From assembly GCF_902459465.1 (NCBI RefSeq), contig NW_022985700.1, positions 1-64,000 on the forward strand: a stretch of DNA of 64,000 nucleotides. Direction: 5' to 3'. Source of the DNA: Asterias rubens. Its lineage: Eukaryota. The position numbers and the translations under genes were made by a program. Below, one piece after another: positions 46,812-64,000 of the stretch. The stretch's first letter is position 1, and every line of letters begins with the position of its first letter. Below the pieces are notes generated by a model. The model was given only the letters and a program-made list of their open reading frames with translations, did no database searches and was not told the origin of the DNA.

Positions 46812-49256
46812 TTAAAGCGGTGTCATAATAATATATATGTTTAACAGTTTCATGAAATTTATAGGACCATGGTTCTCACGCCAGCTACTCGCTGTATAAA
46901 GATTGTGTTTAATGACACTTCAGTTCTTAAAATTCACTCGAATCTGTTAATATAATATGGAAATTGGTTGTCCACTTTATAAATTTATCACAGGTAGCAA
47001 TTCCAGAGTAAGACCAGCGTATGTGTAACAGATTCGGCCTCCTTACTTCGGCATGGGACTTCAGACCCACACTTACAAGAAATAAATGAGACATTCAGAA
47101 ACGTGATTAGATTTTTAATAACGAAGCACAAGAGTTTAGATGTTGACAAAGCTATCCAAAAAACAAAGGCCGGTCTTTCTCTTAACACTTCCTTGAATTC
47201 AGAACTGATCGAGTGTAACATTGGTTGATAATTGAACGGGAAGAAGGCGGTGGTGCATAATATGTAACGGTAGACACGTGTTTTTATTCTCACACGTGTG
47301 TCTTAGATAATACTAATATTGTCCCAAAATTCTGAAGTATACACGTGAGGCGAAGCCCAACACTGTTGAGGGCCATCATCTTGTTCAGAATCCGTGACAG
47401 TGAAATCAATGTTTGATATCAGGCTTAGTTTTGCCAACAGTATTTTTAACATAGAAGAATATGAGTCCGACAGCGTTTGGTTAGAAACTACACATTTTTA
47501 TTCTCACTATTTGTTCATTGTCTGCCAGTTTAACACTAAGTAATTGTTTCCATATGGATAAGAGTATTATATTAGGTCAGACAGAGTCTATTATTTTGTT
47601 CATTGTCTGCCGCTTAAACACTATGTATTCTTTCAATCTAATGTTTTCTGACTGATCAAAACAAGCATGAATATTTTCTATGGGAATTGTGTACACTATA
47701 CCACAAAAAATGCATAAACTAACTTGTCTTTGCAAAAACATAGTACAAAATCAAACGCACACTTTTGAGGAAAAATAATGTAGTACACCGTCTTCATTCT
47801 AATCCAGAACATAATTGTGCGAGGAGTTTTTCATGCCTGTCATCAAGAGTCAATCGGGGATAATGCTTCTCAATAATTGCGAGTTTTTAAGAGGTCCCTT
47901 GTCCAACATTGAAATCCTTGGTCTATATTTAAGTTCTACATGTACGTAAATCAGTGCAGAAACTATTTTAATATGCCAAAAAGAACCAATACACTGTCAT
48001 CGTTTGACACTGCAAACGGACTTTCTAATTAAAAGTGTTGCAGTGTGTCCCAAAAGAAAATAAATGAGTATTTCTCTAGCACCCAGTATGCAAAATGATG
48101 AACGATTTTCCAACTCGTTTTCAGTCCTTGGTGACAAATTGACTGTGTGAACATGTTGATCTTTAACACGCTCTTGTCTTGTAAATTTTGTCTTACATTT
48201 GATGAATGTGGAAATAACAAATTTAAAGGGTATTTTAATGCCGTTGTTTTTTAAGGAGTGCCCAAGGATATTTTTTTTCTTTTCTTCAAATGAAACAGAA
48301 GCATGCAGTTTTTCAATGATAATAAAGTGGTTTTCTTCGTTTTGCACTTTAACCTAAAACTAAAAAACTAAAATATAACAAAGTAAAATCAAATCAAATC
48401 AATTAAAGCACTAAACTCAACTACTATAAACAAATTTGTACATTGGCTTTAACAAGCAAGTATTGACACTATTTTTTTTCATGAGAAGTTTAAAATTACG
48501 TTAACAAAGAAAATCACCAAATGTATGAGAAAGTCATGGGACACATCGAATAAACACTTAATTTTCCCATCCGAAGGGTAAATGTTCACTACTTCAGAAT
48601 GTAATATTTAATAAAGAAAAATGAAACACAACTTGGATGTTCAGATCAGGTACCTTTTAAAACATGCAACATTTGGTGCCATGGAAACAAGGGGCAATAG
48701 GTTTAACCTCCTTGTACTTACTTTTCTTTAAAACGCCCCACACCAACATACATGAACACCTACAAAAAAGTTAATCCTCAGGAGATCCAAAACATTAACC
48801 CTATCTTTCTTAATAGTAAAAATAAAACCATTATGATATCCTATGCACTCAGTATACCTAAATATCAATTTTTTTGTACTGGCCAAAAAGTAACCGTTAA
48901 GACATATCAAACAATCTAGAACCATTTTCTTTTTTAACAATAACCTAAATTTGTTTTATGTGATGTCCACCACCAACACTTCCAGCCCCACCCCTCCCCC
49001 CCCCCCCCCCCCCCCCCGGCCGATTACACTTCCTGTGCTCTTTCATTGTGACTCCCCACCAACAAGAGCATTATATCTAGGGCATTGTCATCACCAAATT
49101 GACTTCCAGCCACAGCCTGCTGCAACAACAAATAAAGCAACTTAATATATATTGCATGGATAAGACTTTATGCTAACCTACCTGGTTGATGTTCCCTTCA
49201 ACTCTGGTTATATCTGTTCTACTGATCAGGTACAGCTAGCCTATCTCCAGTTGGAT

Positions 49257-52200
49257 CTATCTACGTCTACTTGATCTGTCCTCTCTAAGGCCTATGGGAC
49301 TTCTCTCTCTGTGTTTATAATGCGTGTTTTTAGGTTTTCTGGGCGGGGAGGTTGATTCTGATCTATCTCTGTGTCTTGAACGGTAATCTTCTGAGTGTCT
49401 ATGTGAGTGGTTTGTGCTCTTATCCAGTGAATCGGAATAAGTCCCTTTTCTATTTGCATAATCTCTTTGTTTATGCTTTGAGATCGTCTCATCCGACTGC
49501 CTTGATTGGTGATTACCTCTTGATGTTGACTTTTCATATGAGTTTGTCCTCCTGGGCCCGTTCTCAGTGTGTGATTTTCGCTGCTTCACTCTGCGTTGTT
49601 CTTCATCATCATGACTACTGCTGTGGAATTTCCTTCTGCAAAAGAACAAATTTATCATCAGCCATGTAGTACTACTGCTAATGAAAGTTAAATTTGATGT
49701 TTTTGCCATGTTTTCAAAATAAGGACAGTTTAACTTACATAAATCGTTTACCACTAAACATTGGATGGCCCAATTTTCGCTGTGAACAAACTACAAAAAT
49801 ATCAATTGGCAACCATTCATGTCAACCCGAAATGAAATGTGTCAATCTATAAAAACAGCAGTTTAACATTTTAATCCTTAATGTTTTCTTCAAATTGGCC
49901 ACAAATTGAGTGCACTTTTAAAGACTGCACAGAAATTGCTACCTAAACACTAACCATAATGGGTTTTGTTTGAAACGAGTGTACACATGAGGGCTAGAGG
50001 AAAAAAGCAATCAGCCACATTTCATGAACTCTTAAAGGTCAAGATGGTTGTGAACAAAATAAACCAATCAATCTGAATAAAAACACAGCATACTTTGCTT
50101 GGGGAGGGGGGGGGGCAACTACTGGTCCAGGTTTCATAAAATAACCAAGTAATTGATGTGGTGTCATGCCAGCAGTATATGGACATTGACAAATTAGGTA
50201 CCCACCTAACCATGAGGAGCCCCATGTGACATAATTTATATGTCGCATTTTGAAAATCCTGCTAAAAATGAAAACAATAAGTCCAACACCCACTACAAGA
50301 CCCACTGTGACATAGACCTTTTGGCAAATAATCATTGCACAAATGCTTACTGTTGAATGAGGTGCATGCTGGTTTGCGATAAGGTCTATAATGGGGGCGT
50401 TCGTTTAGCTGCCCGAGTCGACCCCGCAGTGCTCACTCGGGTGAGCCCCTGACAACAGCTAATCGAACGATCACACTCCCCCTCTCGTGGTGATGGCATG
50501 TACCTCAGGTGACCCCCCTGGTGACCCACTCCACAAGCATGGCACTGGGGGCTGACCCGGGTGAGCCCTGTCAAAGCTATTTGAACGTACCGGGGCAGAC
50601 CGTGGTCGACATAGGGAAGCTAAGCGAACGCACCCATTATTATTAATTTTGGTGTTGGATTTTACCCATTCACTAATGTGTGTTAGCACTGTTTACTCAG
50701 TACTTCCCCCCGAGTCCTGTGAAAAAATATGACAGCCATGTTACTCGGATGGGATTTGAACCCAGACCCTTTCAATTTCAGAGCAGTGTCTTACCAACTA
50801 GGTCTATTATTGTAACATAAATAGCGCCCTCTACTTTCATACCTATTAAATTTTGCAGCCGTTGCTTAATCTCCTCCACTACAACACCCACCCACTTATT
50901 ATTATTAAGAAACATTTAATCAAACTGAAAGCAGTAACTAAGAAAATCTCACCTTTGGGTCAGCCTTTCTTCCTCAGAATCAGCTGAACTGGATGAATCA
51001 GATTCACTTGATGAGTCCGAAGAACTTGACTCTGAACTAGATTCCGAACTGGAGACGTTACGACGTTTCTTCTTCTTCTTTCCTTTTGTCTTTTTAGATT
51101 TCTTTTGTTTCTCCTTTCGTTGTTTTTTCTTCTTTCTTTTTTCTTTGTGAGATCTGAAAACAGAGCAAAAGTATTTGAAGAAGAAACTGTTATTAAAACT
51201 GCTGATAAGTCATTATGTTGATAAAGGAATAAATACCGGCAGCAAATAATATTCCCTCAATGATAAAAATATTCCTACCGTTTAGAATGTTTTTTGGACG
51301 CATGCTCCGTCTCAACTCTTGAGGTTTGACTTGGTGGCTGGATGTACTATAACGAAACAAAAAAACAAGCAAATTAAGTTTCAAGAAACAAAACAGCTTT
51401 GAATAAAAACAAAGTGTATCCCACAACTCTCCAAATCTCATTTTAAACTGACAAATTATACAGTATTCCCAATGGAATCAGAAACAGTGACTGTGACTGT
51501 GTTAAATATGGGAGGTCAGGTTGGTGTATAGTGAAAGTCAGGCAAGACACTCACTACTAGTGAGTGTCTTGCCTGACTTTCCACCTCTGGGTTACCAGTT
51601 TGAATCCCACCGGGGACAGAATGGGGATTGTGTTTTCAGTCCCTACATTTAATACAGCATGGGTTTTCCCTGGAATAATTATATTGGGTTTGCTTCCCAC
51701 ATCTAAAATTGAAACTTCCTCATTATTTTCTTTCCTTTGGGTTCTTGGCTAGTGCAGTGTTCAACTTCATTTTTCCCAGAGTCCTTGGCTTTACAAACAA
51801 AGTCAATAAATTAAACGAAATATCAGCCTACCTGTGATGAAGCTGCCGCTTGTGGGGAGGTTTTCACAACCTTCTGTCCCCTGGAAACAATTGAAATAAA
51901 AATATTACGTCAATAAACAAGTAAGCATGACAGTACCAGCTTTGTTGTAGTGAGTTTGAAATATCATTAAAGCATGTGGACAATATTGGTGTGACCAAAA
52001 CAGACCAGTAAAGGGTTAGGCTCAAGCGGTCTCCACCGTCATGAACAAATAGTGGAAACCCCATCACTCTGTTTTTACTGTTTTAAAACATCAGACTTTG
52101 GACATATGCATCATTCAAAATTGTTTGCCATAAACTTGAATTACATCCAATTGGAGGTAATTGGATTATTGGAGGTAATCCATAGCTATGGCATAAGCCT

Positions 52201-54851
52201 ACATGTACCTAAATGTATGGATCTGATCTCAAATTGATATTTTTGTAACATAAGTGTACCCTTCAAGCGACCCCCTTGCATTTTGCACTCGCTCAAACAG
52301 CACCCTCACTGTTCATGAGGTCAGTCACTGAAGACCAATATCATTAGCTGAGAGTTGGGCATAGTGGGTACACACTTCGCTCGGCCCCAGCGGCCAGTCT
52401 ATCCAGGACCGCTGAGATGGGCTAATCGCTTGCACAGATTCTTGTTCAGGAAGTACGTCATGTGGTGCAGTGTGAGTGTGATGCATGATGGGACTGCGCA
52501 TTATTAAACCAATGTGCGTGCATGATACGTTTGCCCATCCCAGCGCCTTTGGTTAAAGCAAGGCGCTGGGGACGAGCGAAGGTACCCACATGATGCACCA
52601 TTGTTTGACCTCAATTTTCATGAGGTCAATCAATGAATATTTCATGTAGTTAATACTTCATGAGCATGGTGAGTTTTCTTGCTTGACCTCAGCAGCGTCG
52701 GCCAATGCAAGGGTTCTATTTGCAAACACACATGTAGGCCCTTTTTGAAACCACGGCTACGGCTTTGGATTCGGCTTCAGGCTCCATCCTCTCCTCTGAG
52801 CGTGTATGAACAGCATGCGCAATATTGTCACAAAACAACCGCTAGGCCAAGCTAGCCTGAGCTGAATCCAAAGCCAAAGCCATGGTTTAGAAATAGGGCC
52901 ATTGAAGGTTGGACACTCTACTTACAGTGCTGCCATCATGGCTTCCTTTTCAGCCTGTTTGACTTTCTGACGCTCGTCATTAAGAGTACTTTCTTTATCC
53001 TTCCTATCCTTACTGAACCATTGCAGATCTTTTCCATCTTGCCAACGTCCAACTGGGGCTTTCAAAGAGTGGCCTAAAATGAGTACCAAAATTAAAAACA
53101 AATCATTATTTTATCAGTGTGTTTTAAAGTATTTGGCTACATGTAGTTGCTCTCTTCTTAAGTGGTGGCAAGATACAGGATACGGACGGAAAGTCTTCAT
53201 TGTAAGTTTAAGTTTAAAAGTAAAATTTCGCACATCCAGCCACAACTTTTTACCATGTTGCTTTTTATCCGACAGTGTCCGGTTATCTCCCTTCTTATTC
53301 TTAATAAAAATAATATTATAGGCCCTTCTAGGGCCTAATATATTTTACAATTTATTATTTAGTTAAATTAGGGATAACTTTCCATATGGGGCTACCACTT
53401 TTTCACCCTTTTTTACAAAAAGGGATTTCTCATTGAGGTAAATTAGAATAAGATTAGATAGGCACCACTACTAGTACTATCATAGCGTCATACGTTATCG
53501 ACCCTCATATGTTTTCGGTCCCCAACTTTGATTCCCGTTTATCGCGAGATTGTGCAAGCTGCACCGGTGACAGAAGCTATGCAGTTTACTCAAAGTCTGT
53601 ATCAGGCTTAATCATGCTGAGAAAAAAGTTTCCCGTCATTGGTTATGTTCAAACATTTATAAAATGATTGATTTTTGGTACTAATCACTAAGTGCATTAT
53701 TATGCCAACATTCAAATGAGTCAAAGAAACATCATCCAACCTCAAAAGTTCAAAACAAAATTACTATCTGCTAGATTGAGTTTCATTCTGCTTTAGTCAC
53801 TAGATGGATCACGTGAGGTGGTTACTATTTGGGATTCTATGGTGTGCCAATATGGGGAAAATATTAAAATATTTTAAGTGAAAATGACCAAAAATAATTT
53901 TTTTTGATTTACTGAATACTGTAATAAATTCCGATAAGCGTAATAAATATTAAGTCTACATTTAAAAGAAAATATCATAGATGGGTTTCTTATCTCCTGA
54001 AACCAAACATTACTGGTCTGAAATGGGGGAAAACGGATTGTTATGAAGTGTGTGTGTTTCAAGGGTGGGTGGGGTGTTTTACTTTCATGCATTATGATAT
54101 CTCTGGATTCTAATATATAATAGCCAAAATGCCTTAGGACAAAAATGTAATTAAATTTGTTAAGTAGTAATTTAATAATATTTTTGGTTTATTTTGCACG
54201 CCATACTAGCTTCTGAATATTCAATAAAATACCAACCAATGAAAGGTGTGAAAACATGTATCGTTGCTCCAACCAATGTCGTGCATGCATAAGCACTGTT
54301 AATGGCGGACTGTCTCTCGCAACGTAAAACAAAAACTTGACAAATTTCAACACATCATGAAGTGTAAGTGTTATTGTTAAAAAATTTGATAGATGATTTG
54401 AAAAAAAATAATTAGTTTTTGAATGTGTTGTGTGCAATTTTCCTGTTATCCTACTGAAAACACATGACACCAGGATATATAATTATTTCATATCAAATGA
54501 AAAAGTGGTGGCGCCGTACGGAAACTGGAAAAGTTTCAATAATTAACCACACAACCGAAATGCAGTACAACAACAAAATTAACACAACATAATAGTTCAA
54601 AACTTCTCCCCTGCACACGCACCCCATAACCATGCTGGCCACCATTACAAGACACGGACAAGACTCAAGTCGATACACCACGCACGTGTTTTTTTCCACA
54701 AATAAAGGGAAGTCACAAAACATAAACAAAACTTAAAGTCAAGACAAAAATACCAACCTAAATAATACTCTCTGTCTTTGTCTGTCTTCACACTGTCCCA
54801 TGTGAACTGGTCAGCACCACCTCTCGTTCCTCCTCGGGGAATGTAATACAT
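49257..54851 (-). CDS. MMTAG2: Multiple myeloma tumor-associated protein 2 homolog (C1orf35-like), about 312 aa
   Basis: Exons 54851-54758 ([31 protein letters not shown]), 53073-52926 ([22 protein letters not shown]...EKEAMMAAL), 51880-51832, 51346-51279, 51153-50953 (K-rich then S-rich), 49635-49257 (R/S/H-rich tail, stop); 939 nt in phase. The N-terminus matches the remembered human MMTAG2 motif [40 protein letters not shown]. The two small middle exons are less certain. Confidence 0.85.
50393..50632. mobile_element. MITE in the last intron of MMTAG2
   Basis: TIR GGGGGCGTTCGTTTAGCT / AGCTAAGCGAACGCACCC flanked by taat/atta. Confidence 0.7.
50640..50803 (-). mobile_element. SINE S1, fullest copy
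   Basis: Minus-strand head ctagttggtaagacactgctc...gggttcaaatccc followed by the S1 body. Confidence 0.7.
52736..52900. mobile_element. MITE in MMTAG2 intron 2
   Basis: GGCCCTTTTTGAAACCACGGCT...AGCCATGGTTTAGAAATAGGGCC inverted ends. Confidence 0.6.
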
Positions 54852-55221
54852 AACTAAATAGTATTTTACCAACAAAAACACTTAGTAAACCAAACGTTTC
54901 TGACAAAAGCAAAAGTTCCACTCCAAACAGACGACATTTCGTAAAATTGTGACGTGAACTTAAGGGGATTTCCTTCTCCATGCAACTCAGTGATGTCAAC
55001 GCAGTTGTGTTAGACTGGTATATACACTTTGTAGTTAAAATTAGTTCTATTGGAGTCTGGGTATAGTTCTACAGACCTACCGCTAAGGCATGGGTTCTGT
55101 AAGTAAACGAATGGCACAGACAGAAGACTGGTACCCGCTGTCGACCTTTTCATTTTACAACAATAGATCAATGAGACGTACGAGTAACCAGTTGAATGCA
55201 GCATTGGCAAAATTAGTCAAG

Positions 55222-55230
<9 letters not shown>
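54852..55230. promoter_or_regulatory. Putative bidirectional promoter and 5' UTRs between MMTAG2 and PSMD11
   Basis: Divergent ATGs at 54851 and 55222; YY1-consensus AAGATGGCGGCC at 55219-55230 overlapping the PSMD11 ATG; CRE-like TGACGTGA at 54950-54957. Confidence 0.6.
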
Positions 55231-63174
<7,944 letters not shown>

Positions 63175-63409
63175 GTTGGTGCAGTCAGTGTAAACAAGAT
63201 CATTCATTTTAATTGGAGGCAAACTAATGAACCATTGTGGGGTAAGGTTGTCCTCACTTAAAGGCAGTGGACACTGTTTGTAATAACTCAAAATAAAGAC
63301 CGGAAAACCCTTCTTTATGAATTCACCCATTTATTTGCACTCAACAATGTATGGTAATTGATGCAGGTGAAAAATAATTGCTGGGAGAACTCATAATACT
63401 TCAGCCATG

Positions 63410-63640
63410 AACATAATAATAATAATAATAGCCCGTTTTTATATAGCGCTTTTCACACCCGGAGGGCGTCCCAAAGCACTTCACATTATTATCCCTGGTC
63501 ACTGGGCCTTAAATCACTCCTTAAAGCATCTCAGCTCCCTGGTGGGAGTATACAGCCTGTGCAACATTAATATGCGCTACTCGGCTAAATCAATCACAAG
63601 AACCACCTTTGCCCTCACAGGTACCCATTTACCGCATTTA
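63410..63640 (-). mobile_element. SINE S2, 5'-truncated
   Basis: Shares ctaaatcaatcacaagaacca and ccctggtca.tgggccttaaatca with 3770-4090; (ATT)n tail. Confidence 0.7.
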
Positions 63641-64000
63641 TGGGCATCATTTTGCGGCATTCTGGGGGTGAGGAGATGGCTACAAAAAGTTACAGGAGCA
63701 GAACTATAAAAAAAATCAGACTGATATCAACAGAAACATAAAAACAAATGACCCAATGGTCCTCCCTACATAAACCTACTAAGCAGCCAACGCCCACTTC
63801 GTTGGAACTCGATACGTTCGGGTCATTCCAAAGGCACTTAATACAAAGTAAATACCAGAAATGCTGTGATTATAATAAATTAAGGGGATGACGGCCTGGA
63901 CGATACTAGGATACCGAAGAATTACACAATACAAAAACACAATTATCGATGGAGGTAACACACTTATTGTTTCTGTACAAGTTTTACCGTAGCTAGGCAC

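Noticed and set aside
46988-47293. Minus ORF with a faint TM7/helix-8-like stretch (PMLHSISSEFKEVL)
   Set aside because: No upstream transmembrane exons or motifs could be assembled; probably chance.
49257-49754. 165-aa ORF as a stand-alone gene
   Set aside because: Only 49635-49257 is exonic (last MMTAG2 exon); the upstream part is intron read-through.
51300-51346. Shorter MMTAG2 exon 4 using a GTCCAA donor
   Set aside because: The downstream GTAGGA donor at 51278 is stronger, has the same phase and gives a continuous K/H/S-rich peptide.

Overview
AT-rich, intron-rich animal genomic DNA. It looks echinoderm/sea-star-like, inferred from gene and repeat content only. Four gene loci are supported. 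(1) Minus strand, 634-28815: 26 phase-compatible exons (1442 codons, running off the left edge) of a large secreted protein: signal peptide, EMI, 4 EGF, then a VWF/mucin-type D1-D2-D'-D3 assembly, i.e. SCO-spondin-like. (2) Two tandem single-exon class A GPCRs (33734-34729, 42069-43124) with non-canonical TM6/TM7 motifs. (3) An MMTAG2/C1orf35-like gene on the minus strand (49257-54851). (4) PSMD11/Rpn6 on the plus strand (55222 to beyond the right edge), head-to-head with (3), start codons 370 bp apart. Introns and intergenic DNA are full of small non-autonomous transposons: about 15 copies of a TTAA-flanked Kolobok-like family plus relatives with shuffled end modules, CWG- and TTA-target Harbinger-like MITEs, a hAT element with a perfect 8-bp TSD, and a TA-flanked Tc1/mariner MITE. 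There are also tRNA-derived SINEs, a Deu-domain SINE, and L2/CR1/RTE remnants. I found no prokaryote-type system or CRISPR array. The best leads are the domain and cysteine architecture of the SCO-spondin-like gene, a recursive-splice-like AG|GTAAGT exon start within it, the modular TTAA MITE system and the atypical GPCR pair. All exon and repeat boundaries were read by eye.
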